Source: Firmicutes bacterium UBA2203 | Lineage (GTDB): Bacteria > Bacillota > Desulfotomaculia > Desulfotomaculales > Nap2-2B | Length of the DNA stretch: 64,000 nt | Direction: 5' to 3' | Assembly (NCBI GenBank): GCA_002327235.1 | Contig: DCUX01000004.1 | Location: forward strand, 28,020 to 92,019 | Part shown: piece by piece, positions 8,624-16,779 of the stretch | How positions within the stretch are numbered: position 1 is the stretch's first letter | How the letters are laid out: each line of letters opens with the position of its first letter | Notes under the pieces: generated by a model | What the model saw: the letters and a program-made list of their open reading frames with translations, nothing else | Told to the model about the DNA's origin: nothing | The model's database searches: none | Program-made: the position numbers and the translations under genes

Positions 8624-8673
8624 AAAAAAACTTTAAAGGTGAGAGATATAGTTAATTAAAGTTAATCTCACCT
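8624..8673 (-). terminator. phoR-phoU intercistronic hairpin followed by a U-run (partial terminator/attenuator)
   Basis: 8637-8644 pairs perfectly with 8666-8673. On the minus strand TTTAAAGTTTTTTT follows the stem. Confidence 0.4.
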
Positions 8674-8681
8674 CAAATATC

Positions 8682-10055
8682 TCACATCTCACTTCTCACT
8701 TCGGCCGGTAAGGTAACCTTAAAGGAACTTCCCTGGTTAGGTATGCTCTCCGCTTTAATACTCCCTCCATGGGCCTTAATGATGTGTTTAACAATAGCTA
8801 AGCCTACGCCAATTCCACCCAGTTCCCGGGCTCTGGCCTTTTCTACCCGGTAAAAGCGTTCAAAGACACGGGGCAGGTCCTCAGGCGGGATGCCAATACC
8901 GGTATCCTTTACCTCTACCTGAACATTATCTCTATAGGTTGTGGCCCGGATTAAAACTTGCCCGCCAGGAAGAGTGTATTTTATTGAATTATCTACTAAA
9001 TTTGTTAATACCTGGGCTAATAAATCGGGATCACCAGATATGGAAGGCAACTCAACCGGTATTTCTACCGTTAAAGTTAAAGATTTTTGTTGGGCCTGGG
9101 GTTGAAACGTAACGGCTACCTGGTTAATGATTTCTTTTAACTGCACCAACTGCCACCGATGAACAACCCTTCTTTCTTCTATCTTAGAAAGATGTAATAG
9201 CTCGTCAATAAGTTTTGCCAGCCGGTTGGTTTCTTGGCTCATGATTTCTAAGCTCCGGTGAGCGGCGGCGGGGTCATCTATGGCTCCCTCGCGCAAGGTT
9301 TCTAAAAAACCGCTAATTGAAGTAAGAGGGGTGCGTAACTCGTGTGAAACATTAGCCACAAACTCAGTGCGCATTTGATCCAGTTTTTTTTCTTTAGTAA
9401 TGTTTCTTAGCAAGAGTACAATTCCTTCTTTTTCTTGTTCTTGATTTTTTAAGGGAGTGGCCTTAAGATAATAAAAATTGGGTTCGGGGTAAATAAGTTG
9501 AAATTCTTGCGTTATTGGCCTTTCACTTTTTAAAGCCTGTTTTACGGCTCTTTCTAAGTCGTAATTGCGGATGAGGTTCAGGATATTTTTGCCTAGATAG
9601 GCTTCCCGGGTAACGCCCAAAAAATTTTCTACCGCTGAATTAAGCAGAAGAACATTACCCTGGTTATCAAGTGCAACTACCCCTTCCGTCATACTGTTTA
9701 AGATAGTCTGCATGCGGTTTTTTTCGGCGGTAATCTGGGCTAGGATTTTTTTTTGTTGCCGCACTAAATCATTTATGTTTTGAGCCAACTGGCTAACTTC
9801 TTTTTGTTCGTAAAGGGGTAATTCCTGGTTTAAATTTCCTTGACTGATCGCTTTGGTAACCGTATTTATTTTTTTCAACGGAGAAATAACTTGTTTAAAA
9901 AATATCCACCCTAAGCCCAAGGCGAAGATAAACGATGTCAGCAAGGCCCAACCTAGATTAAGGTGATAAAAAAAATAAAATTGTAAAATGGCTAAAAAAA
10001 TTAGAAGAATAAAAAAATAATTAATAATTGCCCGCCAGATATTGTTTTTAATCAT
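8682..10055 (-). CDS. phoR: phosphate-sensing histidine kinase PhoR-like
   Basis: 457 aa. Two N-terminal TM helices, a PAS region, H-box SHELRTPLTS and a HATPase domain. It is adjacent to phoP and phoU. Confidence 0.85.
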   Translation of the reverse strand: MIKNNIWRAIINYFFILLIFLAILQFYFFYHLNLGWALLTSFIFALGLGWIFFKQVISPLKKINTVTKAISQGNLNQELPLYEQKEVSQLAQNINDLVRQQKKILAQITAEKNRMQTILNSMTEGVVALDNQGNVLLLNSAVENFLGVTREAYLGKNILNLIRNYDLERAVKQALKSERPITQEFQLIYPEPNFYYLKATPLKNQEQEKEGIVLLLRNITKEKKLDQMRTEFVANVSHELRTPLTSISGFLETLREGAIDDPAAAHRSLEIMSQETNRLAKLIDELLHLSKIEERRVVHRWQLVQLKEIINQVAVTFQPQAQQKSLTLTVEIPVELPSISGDPDLLAQVLTNLVDNSIKYTLPGGQVLIRATTYRDNVQVEVKDTGIGIPPEDLPRVFERFYRVEKARARELGGIGVGLAIVKHIIKAHGGSIKAESIPNQGSSFKVTLPAEVRSEM

Positions 10056-10060
10056 ATTTA

Positions 10061-10768
10061 CTAAGATACCTCCCTAAAACGATAGCCAACCCCCCGTATT
10101 GTTTCAATAAGCTGTGATATTTCAGGAAACTTTTCTAGCTTATGACGAATGTGCCGGATGTGAACATCAATCATCCGCATATCTCCGGCAAAATCATAAC
10201 CCCAAATTTTATCGACTAAATATTCACGGGTAAATACTTTTCCGGGATTGCTGACCAAAAAGTAAAAAAGCTCAAATTCTTTTGGGGTAAAATCCTGTTT
10301 TATCCCTTTAAACGTAACCGCCAAACAAGCCGGGTCAATTACCAAATCGTTATTTAAGAATTGTTTTTTTGCCGGGAGGCTTACCCTTTCCTTTTCTTTA
10401 GTTAACTGCCTTAACCGGGCTTTTACCCGGGCCGTTAGTTCCCTGGGACTGAAAGGTTTAGTAACGTAATCGTCCGCCCCTATTTCCAGGCCAACTACCC
10501 GGTCAATTTCCTCTACCCGGGCGCTAAGCATAATGATCGGGATATGGTCTAATTTTAAATCCTGGCGCAGGGCGTTGCATACCGCTAAACCATCACACCC
10601 GGGAAGCATTACGTCCAGTATAATCAAATCAGGTAATTCTTTACGGGCTGTTTCTAAAGCTGTATTTCCATCAAAAGCTGAGATTACCTTGAAACCTTCC
10701 CGCTCCAGGTTAAACTTAAGCAGTTCCACAATATTTTCTTCATCATCAACCACTAGGATTTTTGGCAT
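10061..10768 (-). CDS. phoP: OmpR/PhoB-family response regulator (PhoP-like)
   Basis: 235 aa. Receiver domain (DDE..., LIILDVMLPG) plus a winged-helix C-terminus (RGVGYRF). Confidence 0.85.
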   Translation of the reverse strand: MPKILVVDDEENIVELLKFNLEREGFKVISAFDGNTALETARKELPDLIILDVMLPGCDGLAVCNALRQDLKLDHIPIIMLSARVEEIDRVVGLEIGADDYVTKPFSPRELTARVKARLRQLTKEKERVSLPAKKQFLNNDLVIDPACLAVTFKGIKQDFTPKEFELFYFLVSNPGKVFTREYLVDKIWGYDFAGDMRMIDVHIRHIRHKLEKFPEISQLIETIRGVGYRFREVS

Positions 10769-10817
10769 TGCTAAACTACCCCTTTGAAATTGCCAATTGC
10801 AATTTCTTTATTTTTTA

Positions 10818-10855
10818 CTTTGGTAGGGGCGTATGGCTATACGCCCCTACCAAAG
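10818..10855. repeat. family C palindrome (CTTTGGTAGGGGCGTAT-GGCT-ATACGCCCCTACCAAAG)
   Basis: Perfect 17-bp stem with a 4-nt loop, and no U-tract downstream on either transcribed strand. The GGGGCGTAT...ATACGCCCC core recurs at 56726-56757 and 58535-58564. Confidence 0.85.
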
Positions 10856-10877
10856 ACTTATAATTTAAAACGACTGT

Positions 10878-13031
10878 TTAAGTTAACCTTTGGCTTAAGT
10901 TAGTATATCTTTCTTTTACCTTGTTATTTTTTATAGCTATCGCTAGCGCTTTAGGCGAACCAATTAAAACCATTAACTTTTTGGCCCGGGTAATGGCCGT
11001 ATAAAGGAGATTACGCTGCAGCATTATATAGTGTTGGGTTAGGAGGGGCATAATAACTGCGGCGTATTCACTGCCCTGGGATTTATGAACCGAAATAGCG
11101 TAGGCTAGGGTCAACTCCTCCATTTCGTGATTGCTGTATGTTGCCTTCTGGGTATCAAAAGCCACGGTTATTTCTTGTTCTTCCGGGTCAATTTTTACCA
11201 CGCGCCCTATATCGCCGTTAAAAACCTCTTTTTCGTAGTTATTTTTAGTTTGCATTACTTTATCGTCAATGCAAAAAACTTTGCTTCCATAGGTAATTTC
11301 CTGGCGCCGCGGATTAAGCAAGGTCTGTAATTCCCGGTTTAGATTAGCCACCCCCGTAATTCCCTTATGCGTTGGGCTTAAAACTTGAATATCTTCCTTA
11401 GGGTTAAAACCAAAGGATCGAGGTATTTTTTGCCGGCATAAAATTTTTATTGTTTCTAAAACTCTTTCCGGCTCCTCTTCTTGGATGAAATAAAAATCCC
11501 TTTGTTTTTGTTTTGTCTTTAAAGCAGGATATAAACCCTGATTAACCCGGTGAGCATTTAAGATAATTAAACTTTCTTGGGCCTGGCGGTAAATATCTTT
11601 TAAAAAAACCACCTCTATTTTTTCGGACTTAATAATATCCCTTAAAACATTACCGGGCCCAACGGAAGGAAGCTGGTCTGCATCTCCCACTAAAACTAAA
11701 CCGGCTTTCGGAGGGATTGATTTTAACAAATGATGCATTAAGACAAGGTCAATCATGGAAGCCTCATCAACAATAATTAAATCTCCTTCCAAAGGACGTT
11801 CTTCATTTCTTTTCCAGGCCTTTTCCTTAGGGCTGTATTCCAGGAGACGGTGGATGGTCTTAGCTTCCTTGCCGGTAACCTGAGAAAGTTTCTTAGCCGC
11901 CCTGCCGGTTGGTGAGGCTAAGATTATTTGCTGCCCCTTTTTGGCTAATATTTCAATTAAACTGGCCACCAACGTTGTTTTTCCGGTCCCTGGCCCCCCA
12001 GTTATCACCAACAATTTAGCTTTAATGGCTTTTCTTAAAGCTTCCCTTTGTTTTTCGGCCAGAATTATTTTATTTATTTTTTGCACCCAAAGTAAAGCCT
12101 TCTCCAGGTCAATAGATAAGGGGGGTTTGGGGGTTATATTTAGTTTTTTCAGTTTTTGGGCCACGCTTACTTCCGCCAGGTAAAAGGGTTTAAGGTAAAT
12201 TACCTGGACACCGCTAATCAATTCAGCCACAACCTCCCCTTTTGCTACTAGCGAGGCTATTGCTTCCCGGCTTATTTCGGCTTCAATTCCTAATTCTGCC
12301 TCTGTTTTTTTTAATAGTTCCGGAACGGGAACATATACGTGTCCCTCTTCAGCGTACTGGTGCAGCGTATAAATTAATCCTGCTTGTGCCCGTAAGGGTG
12401 AATTTAAGGCAAAACCAAAATTTTGGGCTATTTTATCGGCCGTTTTAAAGCCAATCCCGTTAATATCCAAAGCCAGGCGGTAAGGATTTTCCTTCATAAT
12501 CGAAATAGCCTGTTCCCGGTAGGCCTTATATATTTTTACGGCGTAGGCGGAACTAATATTATTATTGTATAAAAAGAGCATTACTTCCTTAATTTCCTTT
12601 TGTTCGGTCCAGGCGTCAGTAATACTTTTTAAGCGGGTTGGACCAATTCCTTCTACTTTTAACAGGCTTTCCGCTTCATTTTCAATAATATCCAGGGCCT
12701 TATCCCCGAACTGGTTAATAATCCGCCTGGCCATAATTGGGCCTATGCCTTTAATTAAACCAGAACCTAAGTACTTTTCTATACCGGTTATGGTGGCCGG
12801 AAGTAGGGACAGACAGCTTTCTACCTGAAATTCTTCCCCAAATTTTTTATTCCTTATCCATTTTCCCTTTAACTGCAAAGTTTGCCCCGGATTAAGGGCA
12901 AATAAGTTTCCGACTATAGTAATAAGGTCTTTGTGTGCCCTATTTTTAAGTTTAGCCACGGTAAAATTGCTTTCGGGATCAAAATATACAATTCTTTCTA
13001 GAATACCTTCCAGGGAAATTTGGTCAAGCAC
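10878..13031 (-). CDS. recD2: RecD2-type SF1B DNA helicase (RecD/TraA family)
   Basis: 717 aa with Walker A GGPGTGKTT, DEASM and the C-terminal ISVHKSQGSE. GTG start. Confidence 0.9.
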   Translation of the reverse strand: MLDQISLEGILERIVYFDPESNFTVAKLKNRAHKDLITIVGNLFALNPGQTLQLKGKWIRNKKFGEEFQVESCLSLLPATITGIEKYLGSGLIKGIGPIMARRIINQFGDKALDIIENEAESLLKVEGIGPTRLKSITDAWTEQKEIKEVMLFLYNNNISSAYAVKIYKAYREQAISIMKENPYRLALDINGIGFKTADKIAQNFGFALNSPLRAQAGLIYTLHQYAEEGHVYVPVPELLKKTEAELGIEAEISREAIASLVAKGEVVAELISGVQVIYLKPFYLAEVSVAQKLKKLNITPKPPLSIDLEKALLWVQKINKIILAEKQREALRKAIKAKLLVITGGPGTGKTTLVASLIEILAKKGQQIILASPTGRAAKKLSQVTGKEAKTIHRLLEYSPKEKAWKRNEERPLEGDLIIVDEASMIDLVLMHHLLKSIPPKAGLVLVGDADQLPSVGPGNVLRDIIKSEKIEVVFLKDIYRQAQESLIILNAHRVNQGLYPALKTKQKQRDFYFIQEEEPERVLETIKILCRQKIPRSFGFNPKEDIQVLSPTHKGITGVANLNRELQTLLNPRRQEITYGSKVFCIDDKVMQTKNNYEKEVFNGDIGRVVKIDPEEQEITVAFDTQKATYSNHEMEELTLAYAISVHKSQGSEYAAVIMPLLTQHYIMLQRNLLYTAITRAKKLMVLIGSPKALAIAIKNNKVKERYTNLSQRLT

Positions 13032-13120
13032 TAAAAGCGCCCTTTCTAATGGCCTTTAAAATAAGCATAACATAACCTCCCTCTTTCTTACAAGTAAAAA
13101 ATAAGCTAGGGTCAATAGGC

Positions 13121-13176
13121 AAAATCTTAACAAAATCTTAACAAAATCTTAACAAAATCTTAACAAAATCTTAACA
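13121..13176 (+). promoter_or_regulatory. array of five phased PhoP-type Pho boxes (11-mer AAAATCTTAAC x5)
   Basis: TTAACA occurs at 13127, 13138, 13149, 13160 and 13171, an exact 11-bp period. TAAAAT lies at 13186-13191 and pstC starts at 13216. Confidence 0.75.
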
Positions 13177-13215
13177 ATAGTTTGTTAAAATTGAAAAAGT
13201 AAAGAAGGTGGGAAA

Positions 13216-14247
13216 ATGAATCATTTGGATTCGGTCCCGGTAAAAGAAGAAGAGGTAAAAGTAATAGTTAACCCCAAGGTTTTTTTAGTCTCCCGGCAAT
13301 CCGTAAAAGAATTTTTAATTGAAAAGGGATTATTTCTTTTTACCATTTTAAGCAGTATCTTGATCTTTTTTGTTTTTATCTTTGTGGCTAAAGAAGCCTG
13401 GCCGGTACTTAAGGCAAATGGCCTAGCCTTTGTATATACCGGCGGTTGGGACCAGGATTTTTACCGGGCCTGGGTGGCTACCGCTAAAGAGCCGAGCTGG
13501 CGTTTTGGAGCTCTACCTTTAATTAGCGGCACTATATTTACCACCTTAGGCGCGCTTTGTTTTACCGTTCCTTTAGGTTTAGGATGCGCCATTTTTTTAG
13601 TCGAAGTTTGTCCGCCCTGGTTCTTTAAGCCCGTGGAATCAACGGTGCGTTTACTGTCGGCCATCCCTTCCGTAATTTATGGTCTAGTTGGCTTACTGGT
13701 GGTGGTGCCTTGGATTGACAGGCATTTAGTTACTAATGAAATGGCTTTAAGAATGGCCAAAGTGGCGGCTTTAGACGGCACCAGCCTGTTAGCCGGCATT
13801 TTAGTATTGGGGATGATGATTGTGCCAATTTTCGTGGCTTTGGCCGCCGATGCCCTGCGGGTGGTGCCGAAAGTTTACAAAGAGGGTTCTTTAGCCCTGG
13901 GTGTTTCCCACTGGCGGACAATTATTAAAATTATGCTGCCGGGGGCCAAAAAAGGCATTATTGCGGGGGCCATTTTAGCCACGGGACGGGCTATTGGGGA
14001 AGCTATTGCTCTTTCCATGGTTAGCGGCAGTGTGGCGAATATTCCTAACCCGGGCCACGGCCTGGTATTTTTCTTAGAACCTTTACGCACCTTAGCTTCC
14101 ACGGTGGTGGATAATGCAGAAGGAATGGGGGTCCCCACCTGCGAGTCGGCTCTTTTTGCCTGCGGAGCTTTTCTTTTGGTTTCTTGCGTAATCTTAAGCT
14201 TCTTTGCCCGTTGGGTGGCGCGCACTCAAAAACAAGGAGGTAGCTAA
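13216..14247 (+). CDS. pstC: phosphate ABC transporter permease PstC
   Basis: 343-aa multi-TM protein with the permease loop GRAIGEAIALSMVSG. It is followed by pstA and pstB. Confidence 0.9.
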   Translation: MNHLDSVPVKEEEVKVIVNPKVFLVSRQSVKEFLIEKGLFLFTILSSILIFFVFIFVAKEAWPVLKANGLAFVYTGGWDQDFYRAWVATAKEPSWRFGALPLISGTIFTTLGALCFTVPLGLGCAIFLVEVCPPWFFKPVESTVRLLSAIPSVIYGLVGLLVVVPWIDRHLVTNEMALRMAKVAALDGTSLLAGILVLGMMIVPIFVALAADALRVVPKVYKEGSLALGVSHWRTIIKIMLPGAKKGIIAGAILATGRAIGEAIALSMVSGSVANIPNPGHGLVFFLEPLRTLASTVVDNAEGMGVPTCESALFACGAFLLVSCVILSFFARWVARTQKQGGS

Positions 14248-14310
14248 GCAATAAAAAATAAAGAAAATTTACTTGGATTTTCCGCCTGTTGGTTTTCAGG
14301 AATTATCATT

Positions 14311-15174
14311 TTGGTGGTTTGCTTTGCCATCGTTATCTATTTATTTATTAAAGGAATAGGGGCCATAGATTGGGCTTTTCTTACCCAGGACCCTCAACCC
14401 AGCTTAAGGGAGGAATTAAGCGGAGGCATTCTGGCCCCAATGGTTGGCACTATTTTACTTACGGCCGTGGGAATAATAGTTGCTTTTCCATGGGCCTTAG
14501 CTACTGCTACTTACCTGGCTGAATACGCGGAAGATAATTTTTTCTTTGGGGCCCTGCGCCTTGGGATAGATGTTTTAGCCGGGGTTCCTACTATTGTTTA
14601 CGCTATTTTTGGCTTGGCTATTTTTTCTTTACCGGAATTAGCTTTTTTTAGTTCTATGGTAGAAGGGGTAGCGGAAGGAAAGGCTTTTGGCCGGAGCTTT
14701 CTGGTAAGCGGGATTACTATGGCCGTAATGGTTCTTCCTTTTGTAATTAAGTCCTGCGAAGAAGCTATTAAAGCAGTTCCGCAAACTTTCCGCGAGGCAG
14801 CCTTTGCCTTGGGAGTAAGCAAATGGCGGACCATTAGCCGGGTAATTTTACCGGCTGCCCGGCCGGGTATTATTACCGGAACCATTCTGGGCATAGGTCG
14901 TATTGCCGGCGATACCGCTATTGTTTGGTTGTGTTTGGGCGGAAGTATGAATCTTACCGGTCCGCAGCCCTGGTGGTATCCTCAAAACTGGGGAGCTACT
15001 TTACAAAATGCCGGCAGTACCTTGACCACTTTTATTTATTATTCTTCACCGGCCGGAGAGGGCAATTCCCCTAATAAAGCTTTTGGGGCGGGATTAGTTT
15101 TAATCATTATTATTTTAATACTCAACACTTTAGTGGATTATATAGGTAGTATTGGTAAACTGAAGGAGGAATAA
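14311..15174 (+). CDS. pstA: phosphate ABC transporter permease PstA
   Basis: 287-aa multi-TM protein with GIGRIAGDTAIV. The frame is open back to 14248 and GGAGG lies at 14236-14240, so the true N-terminus may lie upstream with a non-canonical start. Confidence 0.88.
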   Translation: MVVCFAIVIYLFIKGIGAIDWAFLTQDPQPSLREELSGGILAPMVGTILLTAVGIIVAFPWALATATYLAEYAEDNFFFGALRLGIDVLAGVPTIVYAIFGLAIFSLPELAFFSSMVEGVAEGKAFGRSFLVSGITMAVMVLPFVIKSCEEAIKAVPQTFREAAFALGVSKWRTISRVILPAARPGIITGTILGIGRIAGDTAIVWLCLGGSMNLTGPQPWWYPQNWGATLQNAGSTLTTFIYYSSPAGEGNSPNKAFGAGLVLIIIILILNTLVDYIGSIGKLKEE

Positions 15175-15178
15175 GACC

Positions 15179-15955
15179 TTGCTAAATACGGTTAACGGAA
15201 AAACCAAGCTCCATGCCCGGGAACTTAGCGCCTGGTATGGCAGAACGCCGGCCTTAAAAAAGGTAAGCGTGACTATTCCCGCTAACTCAATTGTAGGTTT
15301 AATTGGTCCTTCCGGCTGCGGTAAAAGTACTTTTTTACGCTGCTTAAACCGGATGAATGATTTAATTCGCTCTTTTAAGCTGGAAGGAAAAATAACGCTT
15401 GACGAAAAGGACATTTACGCCCCCGATACCGATATTGTTTTAATCCGGCGCAAGGTAGGGATGGTTTTTCAACAACCAAACCCTTTTCCCATGTCTGTTT
15501 TTGATAACGTAGCCTTTGGGGTTAGGGAACATAACCGGGGCGTCAACGGCAAAAAACTTGAAAATATAGTAGTTAACAGCTTGAAGCAGGCCAACCTTTG
15601 GGATGAAGTGAAAGATAAACTGCCCCAATCAGGCTTAAGTTTATCCGGGGGGCAGCAGCAAAGGCTTTGTATTGCCCGTCTTTTGGCGGTGAAGCCAGAG
15701 GTTATTCTTTTAGATGAACCCTGTTCCGCCTTAGACCCGCTTTCCACGGGAAAAATTGAAGAATTGTTGTTAGAATTAAAAAAGTCTTATACCATTGTTG
15801 TGGTTACGCATAATTTGGGCCAGGCCTTCCGGATTTCAGACTATATTGGTTTTTTTCTCCTTGGACAACTGGTTGAATTTGGCCCGGCGGCGGAACTGGC
15901 CGTTAAACCAAAAGAAAAGGTAACGGCTGACTACATTTCCGGACACTTTGGTTAA
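15179..15955 (+). CDS. pstB: phosphate ABC transporter ATP-binding protein PstB
   Basis: 258 aa with Walker A GPSGCGKST, signature LSGGQQQRL and Walker B ILLDEP. Confidence 0.95.
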   Translation: MLNTVNGKTKLHARELSAWYGRTPALKKVSVTIPANSIVGLIGPSGCGKSTFLRCLNRMNDLIRSFKLEGKITLDEKDIYAPDTDIVLIRRKVGMVFQQPNPFPMSVFDNVAFGVREHNRGVNGKKLENIVVNSLKQANLWDEVKDKLPQSGLSLSGGQQQRLCIARLLAVKPEVILLDEPCSALDPLSTGKIEELLLELKKSYTIVVVTHNLGQAFRISDYIGFFLLGQLVEFGPAAELAVKPKEKVTADYISGHFG

Positions 15956-16149
15956 ACGGTTAAAAAAATAACTTTTTCGGTTATATTTTTTAGGGTATAA
16001 TAAATACAAAGGACGGAAAGGAGTTTTAAGAAACGGCCTACTTTAAAGAAAAGAAAAAAGAGGAAAAACAGTTTTTTTACCGCCCCAAATTAAATAAGCC
16101 CTTTCTCCAAAAAGAGTTAAAGTTAGATAGTTTTCAAGAAAGAGCTATT

Positions 16150-16779
16150 ATGGCTTTAAAGTCAGGTTCATCCGTTATCGTAGCTGCTCCAACCGGAACC
16201 GGAAAAACTTTAATTGCGGAAAAATTAGTGGCTGATGTTTTAACCAAAGAAAAAGGAGTTATTTATACTTCCCCCATTAAAGCTTTATCCAACCAAAAGT
16301 ACCGCGATTTTGGCGCCTTGTTTGGACGGGATAAGGTAGGTCTTATTACTGGTGATTTATCAATTAATGAAGGGGCGCTCGTGCTGGTAATGACTACCGA
16401 AATCTTTCGTAACTGGTGTTTTACTCAGCCTGGTGAACTGCAAGATGTTTCCCACGTTGTTTTTGATGAAATGCATTATTTGGATGATCTTGCCCGGGGT
16501 ACGGTGTGGGAAGAAAGTGTAATTTTTGCCCCTTTACACCTTAAACTTTTAGGGTTATCTGCCACTATTCCTAATATTTATGAGATTGCGGCCTGGATAA
16601 AGGAAGTTCGTCATGACGAGGTAAAGGTGATTATTGAAAAGAAGCGGGCGGTGCCCTTAAAAACTAACTGGATTAATCAACAAGGAAATATCTTAACGGC
16701 CGCTGAAGCGCAAGCAGAAATAAAAGCCCAGCAAGAAGAGCGTAAGGAACGCTACCGTGAGGGAAAGAAGAATGAATAA
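16150..16779 (+). CDS. Ski2/HelY-like DEAD/DEAH-box helicase, N-terminal (RecA1) half
   Basis: Motif I AAPTGTGKT, motif II DEMH, motif III SAT. The Q-motif-like FQERAI lies in frame upstream of the ATG (frame open from 16030), with no canonical start codon there. Confidence 0.7.
   Translation: MALKSGSSVIVAAPTGTGKTLIAEKLVADVLTKEKGVIYTSPIKALSNQKYRDFGALFGRDKVGLITGDLSINEGALVLVMTTEIFRNWCFTQPGELQDVSHVVFDEMHYLDDLARGTVWEESVIFAPLHLKLLGLSATIPNIYEIAAWIKEVRHDEVKVIIEKKRAVPLKTNWINQQGNILTAAEAQAEIKAQQEERKERYREGKKNE

Noticed and set aside
13121-13176. Whether the tandem 11-mer array is a CRISPR array or a minisatellite
   Set aside because: The period is 11 bp with no spacers, and no cas genes are present. 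The phasing and the TTAACA core fit PhoP boxes instead.
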